A stretch of 58,536 nt of DNA from Bigelowiella natans CCMP2755. Its lineage: Eukaryota > Protista > Cercozoa. The translations under genes and the position numbers were made by a program. The stretch is from positions 1-58,536 of the forward strand of contig ADNK01000552.1 in assembly GCA_000320545.1 (NCBI GenBank). The letters are read 5' to 3'. The notes under the pieces are model-generated. The model was not told where the DNA came from and ran no database searches. It saw nothing but the letters and a program-made list of their open reading frames with translations. The first letter of the stretch is position 1. Each line of letters starts with the position of its first letter. This document shows positions 1 through 13,785 of this stretch, piece by piece.

Positions 1-851
1 CACACACAGGCAATGAATATACATCTGTGATCTACTCATTATTCCGTATGATTATCATCAGTTTCATTTTGAGGGTTTTGAAAGCAAACATACACCCCCC
101 TCCCCTTTCTCCTCCTCCTCCTCCTCCCCCTTCCTCTTCCCTCCTTCTACCCTGTCACCTCCATCGACATCTTCTCTTCATTTCTGCTAATTTCTCTCGT
201 TGATGATAACATTGCTCAAATCATCATCGTCATAATCACATAACACATCAGGTCGTGAGATACCTTACAACACGATTTAGGACACTTTCGAGTACCAACG
301 GCAGTTTTTCATCAAAGCCTATAACAACAGCAGCAGCACCAGAGCATGTCAATTCCATCATCAAGTGAGAATTGCATGCTTTTGCTTTGTTTCCTATCTC
401 TAAGCTTTACAAAACCCCATCATCTATTCTTCATCGCTCCTTCATGCTACTGCTATTATATCACTACTTACTACCAAGAACATGAATGGTAACGCCTTGA
501 CGGGAGGCGGAGATGGAAAAGTAAAGACCGGCTCGAGCGGCAGGATACCTACACCAAAAGGCCACATTGTTACTACTGCTATTTCTATTTCTATTACTAC
601 TCCGTATTTTAGGAATGGCTGGCAAAGAAAGACATTTCATGTAGTATTCGAAGAAGATCCCCCCCCTTTCCGGCTCAGTAACTGAGAAAGTTACATTTCT
701 TTGGTGTTTCTTCGTCTTCATATACCACCACATGCCAAACAGGCAGCATTTTGATGCGGTTAAGCTACTGTGCTAGCAGCTTCTACTTACTACTATTGCG
801 ATGGGTATTACAGTTCTTCCGTGAGCGAATCCTTTACAAGCCGGATATATC

Positions 852-892
<41 letters not shown>

Positions 893-1599
893 TATAGATA
901 TATTGGTTTGGTGATGATGATAGCATTGAAATACGATAATACCATTTGATGGAACCCTAAGACGCGGACAAAGGAGGATAGCAACGTCGGAAAGGAAAAA
1001 GGGAGACATTCGGGATTCTTAACGATAAAATTGTAAACTGTGTTGTTGTTGTTGTTGTTGTTGTTTGTTGTTTGCAGCACGGTGATAGACGTACAGACGC
1101 CATGCTATAAGGGCTCTTGGCGAGTGTGCGAGAATAGGAGATTTGATACGGAGCGACACGATTAGCTTCGGTTTCCGAAATTTAAGGTCTTGTTTATACC
1201 AAGCAGCTTCGATAATCCTCCTAAAAGTAATCGTTATCATCACCACGAAGAGAGGCATGTGCTAATCATTCTTCTCCAAAATTCTCGGGGTATACACCAC
1301 GGCTCTCATGATCTGCTTGCTGCTGTTTTCTGCAATAATATCGACTCGTTTAAAGGGAAAGTCGTCATAGGAGCATCATCATCATCTGTGGATATGGCAA
1401 TACCGTGTTGTAGAAGTGTTTGATGTAAGATGGTGCGGAGGAGCAAGGTATATGGGAGAGGAGAGGGATGGGGAGTCGTCGTCTTCTGCTGCTGTTTTTG
1501 CCGAGTACAAAAATGATTTCGATAGTGCTGAGAAAGATAATGATGGTGAAGCTTCAATCTGTTCTTCGCTCGATTCCAACTTGCTTTCAGGCTTCTACA

Positions 1600-1676
<77 letters not shown>

Positions 1677-1690
1677 GATGTGTCACCACA

Positions 1691-1736
<46 letters not shown>

Positions 1737-3020
1737 TTCTCTCTCCTCGCAATGTGCTTTTGTTTGGTATCATCATCATCCTCATTGTATAGACTGATCC
1801 TGCTCGAAAGACGCAACATAGATCATTCCCCCCTCCCAAAAGAAACAACAGCAAAGCAGCAGCAGCAAAACGAGGCGAAGTGTTATTTCACTACGGATGG
1901 AAAGCACACAAACGACTGACGTTACCCCCAACACACCTTCATGGATAGTGTTTTGGCAATGTAAACATTGGGTTCAGGAACTGCGAGATGGTAATAATCA
2001 AGAGAGTCGCTCTTCAAATCCTTCTTCTCCTTTTCATCTTCCACCTCTCGCTTCTGTCCGGCTCCGTTGCCATCCCCCCCCTTCGTGGTTGCAGCCGCTA
2101 TTCCTCCTCCTCCTCCTCCTCCTTCACTCTTTCGCTCAAGGCAAAGCAGAAGCTCGGTGTCAATATCCTCGCAAGTGAATCTAGGAATGAATGGTCAAAT
2201 ACGCCAATAGGATATATTTACAAAGCGATAACTGACGATGGTTGTATCATCACTGTAGTCCGTGTTGTCAAGGCAAGAAACAGTAGAATCGACCGAGCGT
2301 GCAATTCGTCGTCAATGATATTATTCACACAACTTGTTTCTCCTAGCTAACAACTACTTTGTGCTGTAGAACGGCTCTGTACTGACGATTGAAGGATTGA
2401 GCTCCTGCTCGTTATTGATCAGCTCGATGATGGCATTGCGAGGAGACGCCACGTTAGCAATGTATTCCTGAGCAGCAAGACAGAATAAAGGGCGTGTAGA
2501 AAAGGAGGAGGATGAGGGGGCTAAAACCAAACAGCAGCAGCAGCACACTAGATGACGACTTGGACGAAAGACTCATTCAAAAGCCATAATAAAACAAACA
2601 CAAAGAAGCTAGCTTCTCAGGAAAACACATCGAGGAATATCATGGATAACAACTCGGAGCTGCTACTGCGCTACGGAACATGCTTCCCCCTCCACATGTT
2701 ACATTCGTCGTTAGGATACTGAGAAATTACTAAATGATAGCCACCATGTGCGCACCCATCTACCCACCTTTGCGACTAAAGAGAAATCTGGTACATCTTG
2801 CTGGTATGGGCCTGAAGAGGCAGCAGGAGCAGCAGCATCAGTAAGATTGTGGATGATATCATAAACAATGATAATGATCAGCAGCAATAACGACTACTAC
2901 AATGTCTGCAGCAGAGATAGGGATTTCATCGCTCTAAGACCTGTGAGAACATCTTCCGGAGCAAAGTAGTGAAGTCGGCGCGACAAATCATGGCAGTATC
3001 TACAACAATTGTTGTTCATA

Positions 3021-3051
<31 letters not shown>

Positions 3052-3809
3052 GTGGTGGTGATGATGCAAACGAATCTCTACTTCTTCTCACTTTACTATC
3101 CTTTGGAGTATGAATAAAGAGCAGCAACATCAACATCGTGAATAGCTACGACCCGTAAGGTTTTGTTGGTTCCAGGAATCGAAAGCCGATCTTCTTCAGT
3201 TGAATCTGCATGGAGCCATTGCGCTTAGATGATGATGATGATGATGATGGTGATGATGATAATGGTGATAATGGTGATAAGGATGATCATGGTGAATGGG
3301 AGAGAAGGGTGGTGAGGAATAAGAAGAAAGCAATCATAACAACGATGAGAGTGAAGGTCATCATGATAGCAGTCGTACGTTCTCCTTCATAAGCCTCTCA
3401 AAGACGGGCTGCGGTGTTTTCTTCAAGATCTAGAAGGACGATGATGATGACGACGATGATGATGACGATTTGCCATTGATTGAACGACAACGCATTGCGT
3501 TTGTTTGCCAGTAGCAGCAAATTATTGATGCATGCACAAATCATTCTCTCGCGTGTAAAGATATAATTATGACTGATCGTCGTCGTTGGTGCTGTTGCGT
3601 ATATTCTCATTACATGGATGTAGTCGAAGAGGATCCTCAAAACCTTCTTGTACCTGAGAGTGGGATCAATGGATGATATATAGCAGCCTACTAGTTTGTA
3701 TCATTAGGTCGGTCATTTCCGTTTTCTATCATTACTGTTGGACCGCCCAACCCCCCCCCCTCCCCTTCCCTTATCCTCATCATCACCCATTATCCCTTTG
3801 ATATCTTTA

Positions 3810-3843
<34 letters not shown>

Positions 3844-3979
3844 CTTCTTCTTCGTCTTCTATTTCTCCCTCGACGCTGCTACTGATGATGATTCTGTCTC
3901 ACTCTTTGAATCCCTTCTCCGTGACGCTGATTGATGTCTTAAAGAGGCTGAGTAAATGGTGCACACATGATAAATGAAA

Positions 3980-4011
<32 letters not shown>

Positions 4012-5387
4012 AATGAGTCCCACCAGAAGTCATCTGTTAAAATATATCTTGAGGTAGAGAGCTTTGTTGCGAGCCCCAGCTTCTTCAAAGCCGATAATAT
4101 CGATCTGATAAGTTGTTATCATTATTATCGCCATTCTTTATTAATAATTCAAGGACCTCATCATTTAGCGTGGAAAGAAGGAAGCAGAGAAAAGAAGAAG
4201 AGAGGCAAAGGAAGGAAAAAGTCGTTATCATCCCAGGATCATCAATATTTGTGAGAGGGTGTAATAGTCACCATTTTCCTTACATTGCGTGTGCATTTTG
4301 AATCTTATACGTGAAACTTCTCTCTCTCTTTCTCCCCCCCCCCTATCCTTCTTGATAGTCACCCTTTTCCTTCGTCTCCAATGAGGTGGAGGGCCTCCCA
4401 GGGCTTGCTCTGTAACAACATCAGGCAACAACTCGTTTGGGATGTTCTCCATGATCATCCTTTTATTCCTTCTTACTACTTATAAATGTCTCCTCCTACT
4501 ACTGATATATCGTGCTGTTATTATTGCACAGAGTTCCATTCTCGCGGGGCCATGGGAGTAGTACACCACCTTATAGAGCTCGCGGTGAGGTGGTATTGGC
4601 CTTCGAAAGGGAGGTGGGGGGGGGGGGGGGGGGGGGGGGGGGGGAAAAGAGTTAAAACATACTTTTAGCGTATAAATACATACTACAAATAGAGAAGGAA
4701 AGAAGGAGAGGGAGAGAGGTAATCATATTTTATGCGTTTCGGAGACGATGAGAGGCATCCTTACAACAACCACGTTTATGGTATCTTTAAGTACTTCCGT
4801 ACTAGCAGCAGCAGCAGCAAAGCAGCAGGGTTATGAAATCGCTATGATAGTACCATAAGACGTTGATTTTCCTGACTCTCTTGGTTGGAATGATCCGTAG
4901 AAGCTTTCCCAGTCGGTCAGGTGTGTACGCTGTTGGTACACCCTCACGCATGCGTCGTTGCCTCCTTAGAATCTCAAGCGAGCTCCGGGAATAATGCACT
5001 TTCTCCTCCTCCTCCTTCTCCTTCTTTTTTTCCGCCTCTTCTTCGTCTTCTTTTTCTTCTTTGTCCTGCCTCTGCTGCTGAGGAGTAGTCCGCACAGAAG
5101 AGAACCAAGCCGCGACAAGTCTTTCGAGCTCATCCAGCGATTCACGGCCTAGAATAGCCTATTATGGGCGATGGTGACGACGGGGAAGGTCGTAGATAAC
5201 GGCGGGTTAAGGAACTACGGTAAGTAAGGTGCTGATAGTGGTGGTGATGATGGTGATGGTGATGATGATGATGGTGATGATTATGGTGATAATGACTACG
5301 ACATTATTATGGGATGATTGAGCATGAAGTGGAAAACATGAATGGGTACTAGGAATATGAAGTGATTCTCTTCTCGTTGACAATTTT

Positions 5388-5419
<32 letters not shown>

Positions 5420-6507
5420 TCTCTTCATAACCCATCACCCAAAAAAAACACAAGAAAAGGAAGAAGAATGGGTATTCTCGTTCGGTATGTATGTATTCCT
5501 GCATCTACCACTACAACTACTGCTGCTGCTGCTGCTGCTGCTACTACTACTACTACACAACGCCCTTCTTCTTCTTCTCCTCCTCCTCCTCCTCCTCCTC
5601 CTCCTCCTCCTCCTCTTACCAAGCACATCCGATCCGCAGTGTAATACTTGTCGAAAAACTGACAATGCACAATGGTGTAAGAATATGAACGAGAAGAACT
5701 CTGGAACATCACAACACATCTTATATTCCTCTCCCCCCCTCCTCCTACCTCCAACAGATGCTTTCGGACGTCGACTTTCCGTTCTTTAGGCCTTGTTTCC
5801 AAAGTATCACGATTCCCGCTTCCAAATCGAGTGCTGAGAGTTCCAAGAATACATATAAGAGATCATGGGGCAATGATTATAGTGATGATGACGATGATAA
5901 TGGTGGAAATATGTGATCTGTCTTCCTTTCACTTTGGTGTAATCTCTACACACATGCGATTCGTGTGTGTTGCTGATTGTTTCTTATCATCATCATCATC
6001 ACCATCGTCGTCATTACATTGGATGATCGTTGTTCGCCAGTCCCTTTGTTACCTATTCATTGAATGTGTAGCATAACGATGTGTGCAACGATGCTTCATC
6101 ATCTGCAAACTATAACGAATGACACCATGTCTTCTTCACACCAAGCAACCTGGCCTATTTTCCGTGAATCTTTGAGCTTGTTCTTCATGTGCTCATTGTG
6201 GACGGCCGATATCTCTTTTGTATAATTCCGTGTGTGAAAAGTGAGACAAAGAAGAGAGGAGATACTAGCGCATAACACCATAAAAATGATGCAATTGGAT
6301 CGGCAGCAGATCACTTCCTCCTCTCCGTAGAGACACGGCAAAGGCACACATGTCCCCACTACATCGCCCATGCATCTGTACACCGTCCGTTGATGCATGC
6401 ATGCAAGCTCACTCTGCACAACACCTCTTCCAGTTGCTGAGGGAGTGAAAAGTGGCTTCTTGAAGAACTGGGACACACGATCAAGCGCCTCCTATATTAT
6501 ACATCTT

Positions 6508-6593
<86 letters not shown>

Positions 6594-7338
6594 TCTCTCC
6601 CTTTGTGTAAGTGCGTGCGTGTGAAGAGCTGCAAATCCCAATCGCAAATATATGGGCAAAAACAAAACGCAGCTGAACCAGGTGAGAGAGGAGGGAGTTG
6701 TGTGACTAGACAGACGACATGATGGCATTACTACTACTACATCTACTACTACATTGAGGTAGGGATGTAGCACGTCCAAATAGTAACTCGTGTGCTCGTT
6801 CCCCGTCGAAGCGTTTGACCTAATAATTTCCACATCAATAGTATCCTCAAATTTTAAAAAAAATGATGATTACGCAAAGCAAATTTCTACAGGTCATAAT
6901 GATTGGCCTGTGAATGCCGTGTTGTTGCGTTAGATGATCCCGTGACCTTCCTCCGTGGGCATTGAGGAACTCCTTGTACGAATTTTCCTTGGTATACTTC
7001 TCTGTCCCTGACATTCATGATACAATACAAACAACAGTGGTAAGCAATCACTACAATAACAACAACATCTACTACTACTACTTCTTCTTCTTCTTCTTCT
7101 TCTACTACTACTACTACTACTATTACTACTACTACGAAACTTGTGTGATGCAAGGACCGAGGAATAGCATATGCTCGCAGAAGTGAGCTAGACCAGGAAC
7201 TTCTACGGGATCCTCATATTTGCCTATCAGAGGAAATCAGAGTAGGTTCTGATGCGATGGCTATCATGTCACCCCAAAAATACGACGATGTTAACCCAGA
7301 CTTCTCAACCTTCTAATTCTAAGAGAACATGGGATTTG

Positions 7339-7379
<41 letters not shown>

Positions 7380-7871
7380 TTGTCTTCTTTTAGTTAGTAC
7401 AAAAGTCGGATAGCTACCAACTCTCACGTCGATTGAGACAGCAGCCTGAAAATATGTCACGACAGCAGCAGCAGCAACACATACTATTCAGCACGACGAC
7501 GACTTCTTCGAAAGCTATTCACTCGCCAACGAATACACAATTTGCACCCACCTTATCCGTTTCGGGATCGCTGACTAGGACACAAGAGAGGCCATTACAA
7601 AGCATCACGCAACGGTACCTTGAGAAATATACACCAATTTTTGTTCAGTATAACAACTGTTGATTCGCAACGAAACTCAGCTGACTGTACTTCCTTCGAT
7701 CGCCTTCAGACTTGACGGGCTCAACTCGCTCTGTGGGGTGGGGGAATAGGTATAGGAGGTAGAGATATCTTAGCCATGTTATCTATCTCCTTCATTTTCG
7801 TAAGACCCACCTACGATGGAGCGACTATCTCGGATCGCGCTAGCTTCTTGAGGGGGGCCTTGCGATGCCAT
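1..7871 (-). CDS. IDE: Insulin-degrading enzyme / pitrilysin-like M16A metallopeptidase, multi-exon, 3' end beyond the left edge
   Basis: Hand-spliced exons: MASQGPPQ.. (ATG 7871), [55 protein letters not shown] (HxxEH zinc motif, ~7157-7224), [113 protein letters not shown]. All are colinear with the known IDE sequence. Confidence 0.93.
1602..1745. repeat. Compound (TA)n(TG)n(CT)n microsatellite in an IDE intron; representative of dozens of di- and trinucleotide SSRs in the window
   Basis: Directly visible runs; similar ones at 855-890, 6509-6599, 10457-10550, 25238-25280, 40685-40746, 53071-53109 and elsewhere. Confidence 0.97.
4616..4644 (+). repeat. Poly-G homopolymer (~29 nt) in an IDE intron
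   Basis: Direct read; another G run ends the window at 58519-58536. Confidence 0.95.
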
Positions 7872-8078
7872 TGATAATAGGAGCGGGGCAGGGAATATCC
7901 ACACACAATGGCCGATTCCTCAATCTTACAATACAGTACAAAAGCCCTCTTTTCCCCATAAATGCAGGCTGTTTTTCCTATTTTGAGAAATAATATTAAA
8001 AAGCGGCGGTATTTCCTGATGACGGGTTTGACCACCATCATCAACTCAGCCGGCCCTCTTCCTCTCCCGACAACAGAC

Positions 8079-8122
<44 letters not shown>

Positions 8123-8170
8123 GGCTTCTCATTCGTTGGTCGAACACTGGATACCGTTCTCCTCACTCCA
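7872..8170. promoter_or_regulatory. Putative bidirectional promoter, IDE / methyltransferase
   Basis: About 300 bp between divergent start codons; positional inference only. Confidence 0.5.
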
Positions 8171-10025
8171 ATGAGCCTCAAGCCTAAGCTACCCCAGGAG
8201 CAGTTATCCTCTCGAAGTAGTGGCAGTGATGATGACGAAGATGAGGACGACGATGATGATGTTGTGAGACAAATGCTAGAAAGACGGAAGGCTGATGCAG
8301 AGAAACTGCGGCAGGCACATGAGCGCACACGCTCATTGCATGCTTTATCACCAGTTTCATCGGCGATGTCTACATCGTCGGTGTCCTCACGTTATCCCTC
8401 GAAGCAAGTCTCAAAGCAGTATTTTGAGTATCCTTACCCCTCTCGAGACCCCGAAGATGAGAAAGAGGGATTTTGCTTCGTCTCTCCTTCCAACCTGCTC
8501 GAGCTCAACCATTTTGTATTTGGAGGAAGGCTTCCTCTGAGAAAATATGTCTCTGAAGAAAAGGAGGATGAAGATGGTTCCCCCCACATGAGCAACAACA
8601 GATTTGCTCAAGGGGAGAAAGAGGGGCATAACCGCGTCTTTCGCGTGTTGGTTGCTGGGTGTGGAACAGGCGATGCAGTAATTCTTCTGTGCAAACAGGT
8701 GTTCTAAATTATCTCCTCGTAAGAGAAAGAAGCCCCCAAGAAAGACCGCTCCCATTTTCGCAAGCACACGCACACGCACACATCAACAGAGCCCTCTTGA
8801 TTTACACAGAAACTCTACTACTTTCAGCTTACAATGGTGAAGAACATTAGATTCCAAGTCACTGGCCTTGATCCATCCCCTACATCGCTGAAAATTGCTA
8901 AAGCACGCTGCAAAATGCACAAATTTCGATATGATCCTCAATTTTACCAAGGAACAATTGACAAGGTGTCGTCTGTATTTGTCCTGCGTCACAGCTAATA
9001 TATCGTAGGGACAAAACCAATGCTGTTAAGAAAAATCATACACGTTTGTGTGTTGTGGGGGAGGGAGTGTAATGCTCATTTCTAGAACCGATTTAGGTCG
9101 AGGATTTGTTCGGGGAAAAACCCGATAACTCGAGGATATCATTCTCATACATCGATGTTTCGGGGGTACTGCACCACTTGGAGGACCCATCGTCAGCACT
9201 GTGTAAACTCAGGTGTAATGTCGCATAAACATCGTCGGCCATTCGTTGCTTACATGCCGCGCGATGAAGTTAAAATGAATTCCCTGCTTCAATGTATTTA
9301 TTAATTAAAGTGCCCTTCTTCTTTTTCCTTCCTTCAGATCAGTCCTCCATCAGGAGGGCGGAATGGGAGTTATGTTGTACGGTATGTCCTAGAAATGATG
9401 GTAGCAGTAGGAGGGATTAGGAGGAGGAGAGTATGGAGGAGTCTTTGCGGCAAGGGCTGTAGTGGTGAATATTTGTTGAAGGTAATTATCTTGTTCTGTT
9501 CAAGGGAAATATGGCCGAACGGGTGTATATGAAGTCCAAAGGATGTTGCGTCGTATTGGAACGCCTACCGGTCCGATACGCACGCACACACACACACACA
9601 CACACCCACAATATTCATAACTTTATTGGATACAATATATTCTTTCATCCAAATAAATACTTGTCTATTCTATTTGTCGAAGAAGAAGAAGCAGTTGTTG
9701 CATCACCACCGTCGAATGAACAGTCATCACCAACAACGACCACAACAACAGGAACTGGAGGAAGAGAAGGAGGAACCTCTGCATTAGGGGAAAAGGTGGT
9801 AGCGGCAGCAGCAGCAGCAGCAAGAACCTCTAAAAACGAAGAAGAAGAAGAAGAAGAAGAAGAAGAAGAAGACTGCGGCAGCATTATTAAATACTCTCTT
9901 TGATACTACTCCAAACATCATATTTCCTACCTGTTACAGATTAGGATTGCCAAGAAGCTCCTAAAAGCCCTCCCAAAATGCAACTGGTTTGCTCGAAACA
10001 AGGTGACTACCAAATACATACACAT

Positions 10026-10069
<44 letters not shown>

Positions 10070-10448
10070 GTGTGCGTATGTGCCTATTTCGGAGTTATTA
10101 ATGGCACACCTCTTATCTGATTGCTTAGACTCTTAGGGAATGCAAAGATCTTGATAGTGACAACGGAGTCGTAGATTTACTTCTGCATGCACACGATGTG
10201 CCTTTTTCAGTTGAAGAGGTGTCATAGATGCATCATGCTTCTAGCTGTTGTGTATCGTGTTAAACCGCCCTTTCTCTCTTGCAGAATCTGTGGATCTCTC
10301 CATTGAAAATAGATGTGGAATTCTGACTGTTGTAGGTGTTTCGTCTTGCTGAACGATCTAATATGGTTGTCACAGGTATTTTAAATCCGATTTTCTCCAC
10401 CCCCTCGCCCTCTCCCTCTCCCTCTCTCCATGCTAAGTAGAATATTAT

Positions 10449-10509
<61 letters not shown>

Positions 10510-10735
10510 CTTTGTGTGTGTGCGTGTGCGTGTGCGTGTGTGTGTGCGTGTGAGTATTTGATGTGTTATATAAGACACATATTTTCTATAGTTTCTGCAT
10601 AGAGAAACAAACCAAATCGCCTCTATCTCTCTCTGGCTAAATATAATATGCTCTGTGATCCGACTTAATGCACATATTTCTGTTGGGAAAAGGATTCCCT
10701 CGCTCGCAAAGCTACTCTCCAGACAGGGTACAGTA

Positions 10736-10775
<40 letters not shown>

Positions 10776-11161
10776 CCATTTCTCCAATCTCATCTAATGT
10801 TCTTTGATACTTCGGAGCAGATCAGCGATCCGGAAATTAAAGAAATGGTAAATAACATCGTCTCCTCGCCTTAATCATGATCGTACGAAGGTACAGACGT
10901 GACACCTCCTTCCACTGGATTAGGTGAAGAAGCTTCCCTGGCCAGATCAGTTTCAATTTGTTGAGGAGTATGTAGGGGTCAGCTGCCGTAAGTGTTGATT
11001 TCTGTGCATCTATGCCGCATCGTTGTAGTTCATTTTGACCGAAAGTAACGGTGTTGATTTCTACTGCACAGGATATTCACAAGCACATATTTTACCTAGT
11101 CCGGAACGACTCAAAGATGGGAAAGCGGTGAGGCTTAAACACACATATTTCACATACACAT

Positions 11162-11203
<42 letters not shown>

Positions 11204-11693
11204 ACACTTGAGGAACAAGACAGAGAGGTCATACATTTATCATACAGATGCCAAGAGTCCATTAGATCGCCCAAGAAGCCCGGAGCGTCAATCGCATCTG
11301 ATTCAATGATTCTCCCAGCTTTTCCGAGACAAGACCTTCAAAGATCGTTGAAATGCTATACACTTAACACTTATTCAAAGCTAGCATTAGACAAAACAGG
11401 TTGCAACGGGCGTTTAGTTGGCGATTATTTGCAACAATCTTCAGCACACTGAACACATTTGCCGTTGTGTCGTAATTATATCAGACCTTTTCGCTGGAGT
11501 ACAGACCGTTGGAAATGCGTTTCTCGCTCTAAAGAGTAGTGCGAATTTGTCTCTGAGTTGGCCAGATTTTTGCCGGGACATCGAAGCTACTTTTGACGTT
11601 ATTGAAGCTAAAGGGCTCGGAGTACATTCGACTCAGCAGTCGATAAATCTCCTAAATACAGCAGATCTAAGCAATATTCCATGTAGAAGTTAA
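8171..11693 (+). CDS. Class I SAM-dependent methyltransferase, bacterial-like, multi-exon
   Basis: Spliced motifs QYFEYPYPSRDPEDEK, SPSNLLELNHFVFGGR, RVLVAGCGTGD (motif I), YIDVSGVLHHLEDP, GGMGVMLYGKYGRTGVYEVQ, AKKLLKALPKCNWF, GVVDLLLHAHDVPFSV; stop TAA ends at 11693. Confidence 0.85.
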
Positions 11694-12728
11694 AGATGAT
11701 ATGCCTAATGATCCGCCATTAAGCTGCCATGACGTGGTTTGCCAAGCGGTAGCATTGCCTAGACTGTGGGCGTGGCACGATTGCGCACTGGATAGCTTTC
11801 AAAGAGAACATGCATAGGTTTAGAGGTATACAATGACCATGGGTATATGGGCCGCTACAGGAGGTAGCTAGCTAGAACGCTAGAACGACTGAAACGAACG
11901 AATGCAACTTATGCCCTGTGGGCGCTGCACTATAACTATTGTATTGCAAAGCTATACGTCGATCAGGATGACAATTGGAAAAAAAATATTGTTCATCATT
12001 CCACATCGCTAGATCGACCCGCGGCCGTCGTCTAGCTCGAACCATCGACAAATATAATATATACTGTGTCTATAGTCTATAGTATCATGCACCGCGATAC
12101 AAGTCGATCACAGCAGCGCAGCACTACTATACGTACCAAGGCTAGAATATAAGCTTGCAACTTATGCAGCATGTATTAGCTGCTGGCTAGATTTTGCATA
12201 ATTAATGAATGTGTGCTCTAGACTTTACGTACGTCGTCTAGAGGTGTATGCATACGTGACAAGTCATATCGCTGTTGGGTGTGTACGTTCGTCATATGCG
12301 ATGGACACGCTGGCTAGCTGGAGCAGGTGTGAATGAGATTCTCATTTGTATCTATAGGTACATCATGTACATAAATACAATGTACTTATCATTCTAGTAG
12401 CTGCACAAGACTGCAACTGACAATCATGCATAATATTTACTCCCGTCTCGACACATATTGATAATCTATTTTGTATTTGTCGTAGATTATATTGTAATAT
12501 CTGTGGAATGTATAACATGCTGCATTAGAACTGCACCCATTCAGATAATGAAAACCAATGAAGAGTACACGACTGATTGTTGAAATTTTACATTACAATG
12601 GTCGTCCATCATAGTCGACAAATACATTCTCTACAACGTTAACAACTGGTTCAGCATCTACCCGATCCATATCATTACTGAGCCGAAAGATTGTCACAAG
12701 CAAGCATACTTTAGATGAGCTGGATCAT

Positions 12729-13157
12729 TTATTTCTTAACCTTCCTAACAACTTCAACAATTTCGAAGCTCTTCCTTTTGCTCATCGGTTTGATGGATGC
12801 AATCTGCACGACGTCTCCAACCTCGGTGGATTCAGTTGGGTCGTCAACGACGTAGTTTTTAGAAAGTCTCATTCGCTTATGGTACTTAGGGTGGCGAACA
12901 AGGCGTTCCACACGGACGGTTCTGGATCTTTGCATGCCATCTCCAACAATGCGTCCCTCGAACCTTTGCCTGATTGGTTTTTTCTCAGCCTCAGCAAAGG
13001 TAGCCATAGAATGCCTTGTCACCCGCGGACAAGCGGTGAAGCCCGCTCTTGAGGTAGTAAGAGCCCTTGCCAATTCAGGGGTGGTATTACTGGTGGCAAT
13101 CCATGCCACGGCCACCAGAAGGGCCAGAAAAAGCGAGCCAATTAGATTAGTCTGCAT
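12729..13157 (-). CDS. rpsQ: Plastid-type 30S ribosomal protein S17 (uS17) precursor with signal peptide and transit peptide; intronless
   Basis: 142 aa from ATG 13157: hydrophobic MQTNLIGSLFLALLVAVAWIA, then an S/T/R/A-rich transit-like stretch, then the uS17 core FEGRIVGDGMQRSRTVRVERLVRHPKYHKRMRLSKNY...VGDVVQIASIKPMSKRKSF. Confidence 0.93.
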   Translation of the reverse strand: MQTNLIGSLFLALLVAVAWIATSNTTPELARALTTSRAGFTACPRVTRHSMATFAEAEKKPIRQRFEGRIVGDGMQRSRTVRVERLVRHPKYHKRMRLSKNYVVDDPTESTEVGDVVQIASIKPMSKRKSFEIVEVVRKVKK

Positions 13158-13785
13158 TGTATGGGTACCCCACCGAAGGTTCTCCTCTGTGCGCTGAGTC
13201 CCTTTTGTGGCCGTCCCTGCGGCTGGGGGCAGAGGTGATTTCTTTGCTACGGTAGACTCAATTTGATGTCGCACCCTAATTTTATAGGGCACTTTTAATA
13301 TAGAGACCCACCTGTGGTGCTGCGTGGAAAAATAGCTCTGAAGGAACGGCCTTTTTTCCCAGTTTTCTTGTGCGGCGAAAATTGGCTGCCATGACCCGAA
13401 GTATTTCACATGCCGACTTTTTACGTTCAGTGAAAACACTAGCATTTCTATCTATATACATGTTTTATGTCGTCGCTATATATAAATAGGCTCCATTTAA
13501 TTTTTCTTGCGTTTCACTTGCGTGGATATCCTCTGAATCTTTGCGCCACAGGCATATTCCGAGCGGAAGATTCGGGACCAAATCTGCAGGATGTTCCAGG
13601 GTAACTTGTTCGAATAGTTGGCTTCCTCATAATCCTTTCCCCTATTGGTCGAGATTGCCAATCATTAGACAAATTATATACGATATTTTGTCGATACAAA
13701 GATGACACAGAAAAAGCCCTCAACCCCCCCCAACACTCCTAGCAAGGACGTAGTGAATGGGTCCAACATTTTCTTGTTGAAATGC

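Noticed and set aside
464-7186. Numerous ORF-track entries with poly-L/S/C/Y/ER/YI tracts, here and throughout the window
   Set aside because: They are translations of intronic microsatellites or antisense frames of real spliced exons.
7885-7905. Recurrent GGATA/GATATCC-like words in divergent promoters
   Set aside because: Too short and variable to separate from background without statistics.
13158-13445. Upstream 96-codon extension of the S17 ORF (238 aa)
   Set aside because: It places the signal peptide internally and spans promoter-like DNA; ATG 13157 gives a proper bipartite leader.
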